Shown here in pieces: positions 47,269-57,010 of a stretch of DNA of 64,000 bases. This DNA is from an uncultured delta proteobacterium (lineage in GTDB: Bacteria; Myxococcota_A; Polyangia; Polyangiales; JAFGIB01). Below the pieces are notes generated by a model. It made no database searches and had not been told where the DNA came from. It was given only the letters and a program-made list of their open reading frames with translations. The first letter of the stretch is position 1; every line of letters begins with the position of its first letter. The translations under genes and the position numbers were made by a program. The stretch is from contig CAVZVA010000010.1 in NCBI GenBank assembly GCA_963778655.1, forward strand, positions 864,001-928,000, given 5' to 3'.

Positions 47269-47856
47269 CTAGATCGTGAGACCGAAGTGAGCGAGCAGCG
47301 CGATACCGCTGAAGTGCGCCTTCTCGGTCATGCCGAGATAGCGAGCCTCGGCGCCGATGAAGAGCAGCCCTGGTTTGAACAGTAGGGCAAGCGCCGGCGA
47401 AACGTACAGCGTGCTATCGTGGAGCTTGGCTTTGACACCCGTCGTCCCGACGGAGTTGGAGTTCAGCCTGGCGCTTCCGATGCCGATGCCCGGCCGCAGC
47501 ACCAGCGGCCCGAGCTCGGCGTCGTAGCCCAAATCGATGCCGTAGGTCAGGTAGCTCTGTGACAGCTCGACGTTCAGGCTCGTGGCCATGCCCGTCGTGC
47601 TCGTGGTCGGAATGACCGTGTGTCCGGTCGCGCCCAAGAACCACAGCAGTCGAGCCCCTACGTAGATCGGAATTGAGGGCAGCGTCACCCCGGCGGCCGC
47701 GCCGAGGCCGATGCCGTACGGCTCCACCGCGTGCTTTTCGGGCGTGAAGCCGTATCCGCCCAGAAGACCGGCGTACAAGCTCATCGCCTGGGCCTTGTGG
47801 GCGCTCAGCAGCAAGAGTGCAGCCAGGACCAGACCCAACACCGGGGATTTTCGCAT
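47269..47856 (-). CDS. small outer-membrane beta-barrel protein
   Basis: Signal peptide MRKSPVLGLVLAALLLLSAHKAQA; alternating strands; terminal HFGLTI. Confidence 0.75.
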   Translation of the reverse strand: MRKSPVLGLVLAALLLLSAHKAQAMSLYAGLLGGYGFTPEKHAVEPYGIGLGAAAGVTLPSIPIYVGARLLWFLGATGHTVIPTTSTTGMATSLNVELSQSYLTYGIDLGYDAELGPLVLRPGIGIGSARLNSNSVGTTGVKAKLHDSTLYVSPALALLFKPGLLFIGAEARYLGMTEKAHFSGIALLAHFGLTI

Positions 47857-48161
47857 GCGCCGACTATAAGCCCGCGCGACCTTGGCGCCAGCATCAAGCC
47901 GGCTCGGGCAGTACCCATCGCCGCATAGCAGCACGCCGCACTCCAGCAGGGCCTTGCGCCCGCGCGCAGCGGGCGCTGCCGCGCCTGCTCGTTGGCGGGT
48001 CGTCGCCTCCACGCGTTGCACCTACGCTCGGCCCAAGGGCGCGCACGCGCGAAAAAGGAGCGCGCCCGTGTCCGGATCTCGGCGCCGCCTGCGTCTGTCT
48101 GGGTGAAGACGAATTCGCGGGCTGCCGGGTCGGCGGCCCACAGAGCGAGGGAGAGACAGGG

Positions 48162-48581
48162 ATGAACGCGAACACGAATATGATCACGCCGCGCCTGGCC
48201 CGCTTCCAGCGCATGGGCACGCTCGCGCTGGCGGTGCTTGCGCTGGTCGGAGCCAACGCGTGCGCCGCCCGGACCGTCGGCCAGGGCGACGGCGATGCCC
48301 CGATCGCGAGCCAGGCGGAGGCCCTGAGCCGGGGAGGCGGGGGCTCCAAGGGCGCCGGCTTCACCTGCACCAACGGCGAATGCACCTGCAGCAAGGAGAT
48401 CGAGAACGACTGCGAAGACATGAGCGGGGTGTGCTCGGACGACACCGTCGACGACCTGATCCGCTGCATCCAGGGCTGGCTGACCACCGACTGCACCTGC
48501 AGGCTGGCGGTGAAGACGTCCACGCCCGTCCTGATCAGCAAGCTGCCCACGGTCGGCACCAAGCTGACCGTCTCGCACTGA
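48162..48581 (+). CDS. small secreted 8-Cys lipoprotein
   Basis: GGAG RBS, GANAC lipobox, FTCTNGECTC...DC...C...C...DCTC. Confidence 0.7.
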   Translation: MNANTNMITPRLARFQRMGTLALAVLALVGANACAARTVGQGDGDAPIASQAEALSRGGGGSKGAGFTCTNGECTCSKEIENDCEDMSGVCSDDTVDDLIRCIQGWLTTDCTCRLAVKTSTPVLISKLPTVGTKLTVSH

Positions 48582-48597
48582 CCCCAGCCCCCCAGCG

Positions 48598-48868
48598 CCC
48601 AGCAGCCCCGAAGCTGGTCGTGAGCGCCACATCCGCGGCATCGTGACCCCGCACGATCACGATCCGCCCGATGCGAGCGGTATCGTTGCGCGGGTCGAAC
48701 GTGTACCCCCTGTCGCCCAGATAGCCTTCGAACCACGCTGCGAAGGATCGGCAAATGGGGTGGTGGCAGGCCGATGTCGCCGAGACAACCGGTGCAAGAG
48801 CGTGCCGAAATGCTCATGCAACGACCGAGCGTGACGGCCAGATGCGCGAAGTCGCGACAGACGCCCAT
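48598..48868 (-). pseudogene. transglutaminase-like protein, frameshifted C-terminal remnant
   Basis: GVCRDFAHLAVTL...GDIG then, in another frame, FAAWFEGYLGDRGYTFDPRN...IGRIVIVRGHDAADVALTTSFG. Confidence 0.8.
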
Positions 48869-48920
48869 CCGGAAATTCGCGTTGTCTCGTGGCCCCGGGC
48901 GAGCCACTCTCAGCACAGCA

Positions 48921-49868
48921 GTGGCAGACCCATTTCGACACCTCTTCGTCAATATCGATGGCGTGCGCGTGCACTGGGCCGAGCTTGGTGAGCCCGGTGA
49001 CCGTACACCGCTCGTCTTGATTCACGGCATCGCCGATTCGTACCTCAGCTGGCACAAGGTCGCCGGGGATCTCGCCCGCGATCGGCTCGTTCTGATGCCC
49101 GACCTGCCCGGCTGCGGTTTGTCCGGTCGACCCGATGCGTCTTACAAACTCGAGTGGCACGCTCAGGTCATCGCGCATTGGCTCGCGCAGCTCGACCTGT
49201 CGTCGGTCGACGTGGTCGGCCATTCCTTCGGCGGCGGTGTCGCGCAGATGCTGCTGCTCGCCTGTCCGAAGCGTATTCGCCGCATGGTCCTGGTGGCATC
49301 CGGCGGGCTTGGACGCGAGGTCGGCTTTTGGCTCAAGTTCGCCACCTTCCCGCACTTCGTGGAGCACTATGGTCAGCCTTTCATGGCGTTCGGCACGCGC
49401 CAGGCGCTCGGACGTTTGAGCGATGCGCGCGTCGAGCAGGACATCGAGGCGTTGTCGGCGATGAACGCCGCGCGCGGTACGGCGCGAGCCTTCTCGCGCA
49501 CGGTGCGCGACGTAATCAATTTTCGCGGCCAGACGCGGCATTTCCTGCAACGCGCCAAAGAAGTGAGGGCGTTGCCACCGATCGCGGTGTTCTGGGGCGA
49601 GTGCGACGAGTTGATTCCGATCGCCCATGGCAAGCGCTTCGTTCAATGCGTCGAGGGCGCCGAGTTCAAGGCATTTCCGAACTGCGGTCACTACTTGCAC
49701 CAAGAGCGCCCCGGGCAGTTCGTGAGCGCGCTGCGAGCGTTTCTGGATGCTGGTGCTGCCACCACGGTTACCCTGCGCGGCGCTGCCGAGGAGTCGGTGT
49801 GGCCCGAGGCGCTGCGCAAAGCATTGGACTCCGCGCGCAGCTTGCTGCGTTCGAAGTCCAGCGGTTGA
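48921..49868 (+). CDS. alpha/beta fold hydrolase
   Basis: LIHGIADS, DLPGCGLS, GHSFGG, CGHYLH; start approximate. Confidence 0.88.
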   Translation: MADPFRHLFVNIDGVRVHWAELGEPGDRTPLVLIHGIADSYLSWHKVAGDLARDRLVLMPDLPGCGLSGRPDASYKLEWHAQVIAHWLAQLDLSSVDVVGHSFGGGVAQMLLLACPKRIRRMVLVASGGLGREVGFWLKFATFPHFVEHYGQPFMAFGTRQALGRLSDARVEQDIEALSAMNAARGTARAFSRTVRDVINFRGQTRHFLQRAKEVRALPPIAVFWGECDELIPIAHGKRFVQCVEGAEFKAFPNCGHYLHQERPGQFVSALRAFLDAGAATTVTLRGAAEESVWPEALRKALDSARSLLRSKSSG

Positions 49869-50088
49869 GCGTCTCCCCAAATGGTTGTGGAGTTCGCGCT
49901 GCGTCAGCGCAAGAGAAACCCACACAATGCATCGGCCAGCGCGGCGAAGTCGGGGGGCGGCGATTCTCCGGCCGAGGTTGCAATTCGTGCGATTGCGGCG
50001 GTCCGAGAACCGCCTGGCGCTACCGCCTGGTCTGCATCGATTTGAGCCGAGGCGCCCGCGTCGGCGCGCGTTGAAAGCGGGGAGCCGG

Positions 50089-51237
50089 CTACATTTGCTC
50101 TGTGTCGAGATCGCCGACCATGCGGTCGAGCGTGGCTTTGAACAGCAACCAGGGCAGGCGGCGAACCGCCGGCAAGTGGCGCTGGTACACGCCTTCGTAC
50201 TCCAGCCACTCGACGCCGCCGCGGCGCTTCTTGAATTGCGCGTTGCCGGTGCTGAGGAAGAACAGCGCGCCGGTGTCGATCGCGCGGCGAAGACTGGCGG
50301 CGAAGACCGCACGGTAGAGCGGCAGGCCGTCGCCTTGCTTATCGAGGTCATAGCCGATGAGTGCAAAGACCAGGCGCCCGCGCTCGGAGCGCACGGTGGA
50401 AAATGCGAGGATCTCGCCCCCCATGCGCAGGGTCATGATCTGCTCCATGCCGGTGTCGGCGACCACTCGAAAATAGGCCGGCGTGAAGCGCGCATTGTAG
50501 CGCGAGTGCTTCTCGATGTAGAGGCGCCGGTACAGTGAGGCGATGCGGGCTTCCTCACCGGGGGCGAGGTCGTCGTCCAGGGTCACCGTGAAACGCGGAT
50601 CCGCGAGCAACGCGAGATCCTGCGCGGCAGACCTGCGGCGCCTGCTCGACAACCGCGCCCACCCAGGCGTGTCGAGCTCGAAGACGGGTCGATTGATGAT
50701 CAGCAGGTAACCCGCGGCCTCGAACGCACGCCGTGTCTCGATCGCCCGCAGATCAATGCCGCGAAAGACCAGCGGCAGCTCGCCAAAGCGACCGATCAAC
50801 CACTGCGTCAGTCGGTCGAGCCCAGCGGCCGACAGCGCCGGGGTGGGGCTGGTGGTAAACAGCCAGTTGTTCACCGACACGCAACGATTGAAGCCAAGCG
50901 GCGCCGTCACGCGACCGAGCACGCCGACCGCGGCCGCCATCACACGCGCGGCGCGATTGCCGCGCATCTTGCGCAGCTCCTCCTGCATGTACGCGACGTA
51001 GTGCACGTGCGGCGAGAGCAGGTAACACAGCGCTTCCTCACCGTCGTTGACCACGACCGGCACGAGCTCGGACTCGACCTCCAGCACCAGGCGCGGCAGA
51101 TCGGCAGCGTCGATCAGGCCGCGCGGTCCGCGGCGCAGAAACTCGGCGAGATAGCGGATCTCTGCCTCCCGGTGGGGCAGCGCGGTCAGGCGCGTGAGCA
51201 AGCGGTCGGCGTCGCCGACCTCGTAGGCGTCGATCAT
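50089..51237 (-). CDS. GNAT/FemAB-like acyltransferase-fold protein
   Basis: CYLLSPHVHY, VNNWLFT, LYIEKHSRYNARFT, IGYD, FKKRRG; ATGA-coupled to the upstream gene. Confidence 0.7.
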   Translation of the reverse strand: MIDAYEVGDADRLLTRLTALPHREAEIRYLAEFLRRGPRGLIDAADLPRLVLEVESELVPVVVNDGEEALCYLLSPHVHYVAYMQEELRKMRGNRAARVMAAAVGVLGRVTAPLGFNRCVSVNNWLFTTSPTPALSAAGLDRLTQWLIGRFGELPLVFRGIDLRAIETRRAFEAAGYLLIINRPVFELDTPGWARLSSRRRRSAAQDLALLADPRFTVTLDDDLAPGEEARIASLYRRLYIEKHSRYNARFTPAYFRVVADTGMEQIMTLRMGGEILAFSTVRSERGRLVFALIGYDLDKQGDGLPLYRAVFAASLRRAIDTGALFFLSTGNAQFKKRRGGVEWLEYEGVYQRHLPAVRRLPWLLFKATLDRMVGDLDTEQM

Positions 51238-52175
51238 GCAAATGCCCGAGCGACCAGCAGGATGACGCAGGTGCCGACGCGCGCTACCCAGAACGCCGCG
51301 TCGGCGAGGCGCTCGCCGAGCCGCGTGGGTAGTGCGCCGCCACGGCGCAGAACCGCAACTCCAATTGCAGCGGCTTGCGCGGCGGTCGCGCTGACGAGCG
51401 CGAGCAGGGTTGCGCCGTGGACCGCACGCGCGCCGACCAGCACGCCGGACACACCCGCAGCGGCAAGCAGCGCGGCGATGGCGATCGTGCCTTGCCGGCC
51501 GAGCAACGCGGGCAACGTCTTGAGGCCGTGCGCACGCTCTTCTGGCGCGTCCTCGGCGCACTCGACCAGAAACATCCCGTAGTCCAGCGCGCTCACTGCC
51601 AGCGCGACCACGAACCAGTGCGGCCCGCGCGCCGGCTCGAGGTGCCCGCAACCCAGACCCACCAGCCACAGCGCGAAGTATCCGCCGAGAACCGCCAGCG
51701 CATTGCCCCACCAGAACGCTTTCAGGCGCAATTCGGCGCCGCGTCCGGGCAGCAGGAAGTTGAATGAGTAGCCGTTGAAGAGTGCGGCGTAGGCGGCCAG
51801 CGCACCGCCGACCATCGGCGCTCGTGGCGCGGCGGCAGCCAGGAGCGCTGCGCCCGTCACGCCCTCGGACCAGAGCACCCACCGCAGCAGGCTCGGATTT
51901 CCATTCAACTGCTGCGCGAGCTCGGGCTTGGTCGCGCGATCGAGCTCGCGGTCGGTCAGCACGTTGAGCTGCATGCCGAAGATCGACGCCATGAATACGA
52001 ACGCGACCGAGAGCACGAGCAGCGCGAGGTCGACGGGTCGCCCCGAAAACAGCGCTGCATTGAGAACCAGCAGCAGGAGCGGGACGACCTTTTGTGCACG
52101 GCTCGCGCGCAGGATCCCGAGCAGCTCGGCATCCAAGCTGCTCACGTTCATGACCTTGTGCATGGCGGAGGCCAT
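51234..52175 (-). CDS. UbiA-family prenyltransferase
   Basis: NVLTDRELD (NxxxDxxxD) and EDAPEERAHGLKTLP; about 8 TM helices. Confidence 0.8.
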   Translation of the reverse strand: MASAMHKVMNVSSLDAELLGILRASRAQKVVPLLLLVLNAALFSGRPVDLALLVLSVAFVFMASIFGMQLNVLTDRELDRATKPELAQQLNGNPSLLRWVLWSEGVTGAALLAAAAPRAPMVGGALAAYAALFNGYSFNFLLPGRGAELRLKAFWWGNALAVLGGYFALWLVGLGCGHLEPARGPHWFVVALAVSALDYGMFLVECAEDAPEERAHGLKTLPALLGRQGTIAIAALLAAAGVSGVLVGARAVHGATLLALVSATAAQAAAIGVAVLRRGGALPTRLGERLADAAFWVARVGTCVILLVARAFA

Positions 52176-52349
52176 CCCTTTGGACTCGAAGTCGGAGTCT
52201 CAGGCTCCGAGCGCGACCACCGCTAAGCACTGGACGTGCCATCTCGCTGCGCGGGCTGAACCGCAGGCGCCTCAGCGCGGCGCAGGGTCTGCACCGTTGC
52301 TTGAAAGCTCCGGCCACCGCCGCTTCTGGCACGTCCGAGTGCCATGGCT

Positions 52350-52381
52350 GGCAGTTGCAGCCCGCGGCAGTTGCAGCCCGC
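52350..52381. repeat. 16-bp perfect tandem duplication
   Basis: GGCAGTTGCAGCCCGC x2. Confidence 0.85.
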
Positions 52382-52409
52382 GATGCGACGCTTTTCGCCT
52401 CCTGGCTCC

Positions 52410-53861
52410 TTAGCGCCCGTAGCCCGCCGCGGCGATGTTGTCCTCAATGGCGCTGTCGGTCGCGTCCGACGGGTAGCCGGCGATGATCGCCCCCTCGTAG
52501 AACGTGCCGAGGCTCTGGTTGGTATTTCGGGCGCAACAATCGCCGCCGCTTCCCAGCACGATGGCGCCTTGCTTCTTCATCGGGCTGTACCCGTGCGGAA
52601 GCGCGCCGTCCCAGAGTGTAGTCAGGCTCCCGGTTTGCGCATTTGCACCCTTGATCGCGAGCCTCGTCGTCCCGTCGTTCTTGAGCATGGCGGTGACGTA
52701 TTTGTCGGTGAAGGCCACCTGCTGCGGATTCCAGGAGCTGCTTCCGCCTGGATAGAGCCCGTATTCCAGGTCTGCCTGGACCCAGGGCCCCGAGCCGGAG
52801 CAGCCGCCGAACCAACAGCTGGTCCCGAAGTAGATCGCGTCCATGGCGCCGGCGCCGTCGGCGCTCCGATCGGTCTCGCTGTTGCCGTAGTCGAAGCAGC
52901 ATCCTCCGTTGACGTGCGTGCCGCTGGTCACCATGTACAGGCCCTCCGGCGCGGTTCCCGTCGGCATGCCCGTCATGTGGCCGTCGCGCCAGTAGCTGTT
53001 GCCGGGTTCGATGTAGAGCGAGTAGACCTTCTGGCCGCTTAAGCTCAACGACTCGCTGGCCGCGCTCGCGGGCTTGTCCTGCCCGCCCACCGAGCTGCCC
53101 TGCCCCTGGTACTCGAGCTGGTTGCCGTGCCCGGACTGATCGTAGAGGATGGTGATCACGCAGCTCGTGCCGGAGCAGAACGCGTCTTGGGCGGCCGAGT
53201 CGGCGACGCCGCCGGGCGCCAGCACCCCGATGTCCTTGGTGGTGTTGTCCGAGGCGCGCCTGACTTGGTAGAGGTTGCCGCCGTACGCGCCGTACAGCGC
53301 GCGCACCGTGCTGTGGGCCGCAACGCACGGCGTGTTGCCCGACGCATAGATGTCGCAGGGCCCGCTGCGCGGGCTGCCCGCGCCCCCGGCTCCGCCCGCG
53401 CCGCCGCTGCCGTCCGAGCCGCCGGCGCTCCCCGAGCCGCCGGCTCCCGAGCCCCCGGCTCCGCCCGCGCCGCCGCTGCCGCTGGCGCTCGCGCCGCCAC
53501 TGGCCGGGTTGCCGCCGCCGGTTCCGCCCGCCGCCGTGCTGCCGCCGCTGCCGCCGGACCCCGGCGCACCTGCCTTCGCAAGCGCGCCCCCACTGCCGCT
53601 CGCCGCTGCACTGCCACCGGTGCCCACGCTCGGGCGCGAGCCGCCGCCGCCGCTCAGAGCCGGGGTCGCCGCCGCCCCCGAGCCAACCGGCGAGCCCGAA
53701 GCACCAGCCGCGGCGACCACGCTATTCTGCGGCCCGGCGCTCGCCGATCCGGAGCTCGCGCCGCTGCACGCACAGCAGCTCGCCAGCGCGGCCAAGACCA
53801 CCAACGCACGACGAGCGCGCAACCGATTTTGCATGGTCGTCTTCCGATGCCGGCCGTTCAT
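52410..53861 (-). CDS. GH54 alpha-L-arabinofuranosidase B catalytic-domain lipoprotein
   Basis: GPCDIYASGNTPCVAAHSTVRALY, CCFDYGNSE, ADLEYG, GTFYEG; long Gly/Ser linker; no CBM42. Confidence 0.9.
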   Translation of the reverse strand: MNGRHRKTTMQNRLRARRALVVLAALASCCACSGASSGSASAGPQNSVVAAAGASGSPVGSGAAATPALSGGGGSRPSVGTGGSAAASGSGGALAKAGAPGSGGSGGSTAAGGTGGGNPASGGASASGSGGAGGAGGSGAGGSGSAGGSDGSGGAGGAGGAGSPRSGPCDIYASGNTPCVAAHSTVRALYGAYGGNLYQVRRASDNTTKDIGVLAPGGVADSAAQDAFCSGTSCVITILYDQSGHGNQLEYQGQGSSVGGQDKPASAASESLSLSGQKVYSLYIEPGNSYWRDGHMTGMPTGTAPEGLYMVTSGTHVNGGCCFDYGNSETDRSADGAGAMDAIYFGTSCWFGGCSGSGPWVQADLEYGLYPGGSSSWNPQQVAFTDKYVTAMLKNDGTTRLAIKGANAQTGSLTTLWDGALPHGYSPMKKQGAIVLGSGGDCCARNTNQSLGTFYEGAIIAGYPSDATDSAIEDNIAAAGYGR

Positions 53862-54228
53862 GGTCTCGACCAAGGTAGCCTTGGGCCCGGGCGCGTGACC
53901 CGCGACGGGGCAGGATGCCCGACAAGCAGTGGTACAGCCTCGCCGTTTCCGTCTGCGTTTCGCGCTTGGTCGCGAGCTTTCGGCCCACCGGCGCGCGCAG
54001 GGATTTGATACGCGGCGCCGGCGGGGCCGACCTCACTGTTTGCCGACGAACGTCGTGACGGACTGCGCGTCGAGAGACCCGGAGAAGCGTCCGCCGGACA
54101 CAGGTGCAACGCGCTCGCTGAAGGGCTGTCCAACGGTCCGCGACGCGAAGTTTGCACGTCGGCGCATACCTTGGGTGGCCTGACCGAAACCGAGCGTGGG
54201 TTTCAACTGCCACCGGGCTTTTCGAGCG

Positions 54229-54708
54229 CTACTTCGAATCTTGGGTCGATTGGAGCACCAGCACGGGCACGCTAAGTGCCTTGATGAGTTTCTCCGAGTG
54301 CGTGCGCAGTACCGAAGAATGGGGCTCGTGGCTCAGCACGAGCAGGGTCGCTTGCCACTCGCTCACCTTGGCGCGGATGGCAGCCACATGGTCCTCCGCG
54401 ATCTTCGCGTCGCACTCGACGGCCTCTGTCTGCTCCGGCGCGATATTGTTCACGAAGCGTTGCACTGCTGCACTGCCTTCGACTAGATCCTTCGCGGATC
54501 CAGGGCTACCGAGCCCTCCAAGAAATTGATCGGCCTCACGTCCGTGGGTCACGTTAAACACGCAGACGCGGGCTCCGCACAGCCGATGAAGCTCGAGGGC
54601 CACGTGTACCCCGCGGTGGGAGGCCAGGCTGAAATCGACCGGCACAAGGACACGCTGAAAGATTGCAGCTGCATCGACTCGGGATGTGGTTTGCTCTGCG
54701 GTGTGCAT
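54229..54708 (-). CDS. universal stress protein
   Basis: FQRVLVPVDFS...SEKLIKALSVPVLVL. Confidence 0.8.
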   Translation of the reverse strand: MHTAEQTTSRVDAAAIFQRVLVPVDFSLASHRGVHVALELHRLCGARVCVFNVTHGREADQFLGGLGSPGSAKDLVEGSAAVQRFVNNIAPEQTEAVECDAKIAEDHVAAIRAKVSEWQATLLVLSHEPHSSVLRTHSEKLIKALSVPVLVLQSTQDSK

Positions 54709-54805
54709 GGCTTCTGCTCCTCGAGCCCATTGACGAGCCAAGTAACGTGCCGGCCGCCGGCACGGCGGGAGCGAGGGCGCAGGTGAGGAGGCTCCAGGGA
54801 TTGTC

Positions 54806-55177
54806 ATGAGAGCGCTGTGGTACGAGCGACAGGGTGCGGCCCGCGATGTACTCGAGATCGGCGAGATGCCGACGCCGAATGCGGGCGAGGGCGACGTCCG
54901 GGTCGAGGTTCGCGCATCCGCGGTCAATCCCTCCGATGTCGGGCTGCGCATGGGCAGGGGCGGGTGGCCGATGCAGTTTCCCCGGATCATTCCGCACAGC
55001 GACGGCGCGGGCGTGGTCGATCAGGTCGGGCCCGGTGTCGATTCGGCGTGGCTCGGCAAGCGCGTGTGGATCTACAACGGTGCGCGCGCGGGCCGTTGCT
55101 TCGGCAACGCCGCCGACTACATCTGCTTGTCCGAGGATCTGGTCCACGAGCTGAGAGGCAGAGACCTGTATGAGTGA
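54806..55177 (+). pseudogene. NADPH:quinone oxidoreductase (MDR) N-terminal fragment
   Basis: ASAVNPSD, IPHSDGAGVVDQVG, GKRVW; only 123 aa, Rossmann domain absent. Confidence 0.75.
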
Positions 55178-55949
55178 GGAGTCTTTCTTCACCCGCGAGG
55201 CAAGCGCGTTCATCCCCCAACCGGCATGCCGGGGACCCTGGGATCCCAAGTCACTCAACGGACGGGTGGTGGTTGCCCTGTGCGGCTTCCAGATCGAACA
55301 AAGCCATGAGCTCGCCGACTACATCCCTGCACGGCTGACGGTCGACATGTACCGCTTGCCCGGCTTTGCGCCGATCGAGGTCAAGACCCACGTCGTTCGC
55401 GATGGCTCGCGCATCAAGGTCATCGACGCCGACTTCATCTCCGAGGGCGTCTCGTACGCGCGTGCGACCTCGCAATGGCTCAAGCGCAGTCAGAACCCCG
55501 AGGGCAACGTCTGGAGCCCGCCGAGCTGGGAGGTGCCTGCGCCCGAAACGCTGCCCGAGCCCGCGAATCGACCGAACAGCCTGATGACCATGCGCCCGAT
55601 CACCGGCGCCATGGGCTCGTTCGGACAAAGGCGCGTGTGGCTGCGCGAGAGCCGTGAGCTGGTCGGCGGCACGCCGCTCACACCCTTCATCCGCGTCGCC
55701 CTCCCGGCCGATCTCGCCAATCCCCTTTCCAACAGCGGGGATCGGGGCCTTGGCTACATCAACTCCGACGTGACGCTCTATCTACATCGTCTGCCCGTAG
55801 ACGAATGGGTCGGCATGGAAGTGGTCAATCATCATGCCACGGACGGCGTCGCCATCGGGCAGGTCGTGCTCTACGACCGAACGGGCGCGATCGGCACGAG
55901 CTCGGTCTGCGGCCCTACCCGGCGCGGTATGATTCGCCCGGACAAGTAG
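55170..55949 (+). CDS. TesB-like acyl-CoA thioesterase
   Basis: RGPWDP...GR, PARLTVDMYR, YINSDVTLYLHRLP. Confidence 0.85.
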   Translation: MSEESFFTREASAFIPQPACRGPWDPKSLNGRVVVALCGFQIEQSHELADYIPARLTVDMYRLPGFAPIEVKTHVVRDGSRIKVIDADFISEGVSYARATSQWLKRSQNPEGNVWSPPSWEVPAPETLPEPANRPNSLMTMRPITGAMGSFGQRRVWLRESRELVGGTPLTPFIRVALPADLANPLSNSGDRGLGYINSDVTLYLHRLPVDEWVGMEVVNHHATDGVAIGQVVLYDRTGAIGTSSVCGPTRRGMIRPDK

Positions 55950-56117
55950 AGCGCAAGCGACGCCTCGCGACCCGAGGACGTGCGCGCCGGTCTCGTGGAC
56001 CGGTGACCACGCGCTGCGCGACGCGGCCCAACCTGCGGACAGGCGCGCCGTCCCCACTCGTTCCCGAGACGACTCAGGTGGGGGCGCCGGAGCTTTGCCG
56101 CGGGTCCATGCACTCGG

Positions 56118-56753
56118 TCAGTCGTTCATGGCGCCGGCCTGGATCCAGGCGCGCACGGTCGCGATCTCCGTATCGGTCAGCACGACGCCGCTCGCGGGCA
56201 TGCGCAGGCCGCAAGAGGGGGTGGGGTTCGACAGCTTGTCGTACAGCAAGCTGGCGTCGGGCTGGAACGGAACCACGTACGTTCGACCGGCGCACTGGCT
56301 GCCATTGAGCCCGTTCGAGACTACCCCGACCAGCGCCTGGTAGGCGGCCTGCCGGTCCTTGGGATCGAAGACCAAGCCGCCGCCCAGCATCATCGCGTGA
56401 CACAGCGCGCAGTTGTTCTTGGTGTCGGCGAACACCGCGAGCACGGCGGTGAACGTAGCCGGAGCGGCGGCGGCGCCCGCGCCGCCCGCGCCGCTCGTGG
56501 TACCTCCGGTGCCGCCCGCGCTGCCCGCGGCGCTCGTGGTGCCTCCGGTGCCCACGGCAGGTGCCATGTAACCCGCGCCGGACACCCCGCCGGTCCCCGG
56601 CGCATCCACGACCGGGGCGGGGCTGTTGTTCCCCTTGCAGCCGGCGAAGGCCGGCAGCGCCACGCTCGCGACGATCCACAACAGCGTCGCGGCAAGGCGG
56701 TTGGACCTTGCCGCAGCGCGCTTCTTCGACCCTGCAACCGAAATCTTCTTCAT
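56118..56753 (-). CDS. c-type cytochrome lipoprotein
   Basis: FAGC lipobox, Gly/Thr linker, CALCH heme motif, distal RMP, AWIQAGA. Confidence 0.8.
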   Translation of the reverse strand: MKKISVAGSKKRAAARSNRLAATLLWIVASVALPAFAGCKGNNSPAPVVDAPGTGGVSGAGYMAPAVGTGGTTSAAGSAGGTGGTTSGAGGAGAAAAPATFTAVLAVFADTKNNCALCHAMMLGGGLVFDPKDRQAAYQALVGVVSNGLNGSQCAGRTYVVPFQPDASLLYDKLSNPTPSCGLRMPASGVVLTDTEIATVRAWIQAGAMND

Positions 56754-57010
56754 CGAGCCTCCTGCCGCTGCGAGCACGCCGGCAAACGGTGCCTACGCTG
56801 GAAGACTGCTTCTTAGCGCGCTTCCAGACACGAACCAAGCGCCGACCGCCCGCCTTCGTCGGCCCTCGGCGTCGCTGATCAGCACCCCCCGCCCGCCCCC
56901 GTCGTCGTATCCGCGCATGCACTCCCGGAACGATCGGGCGGGCAACTCTCGCTGGAGCATGGCGGTCAGGCGGAGGAATAGCGTGAGAGACAACAGCCGT
57001 TTCGCCGGCG

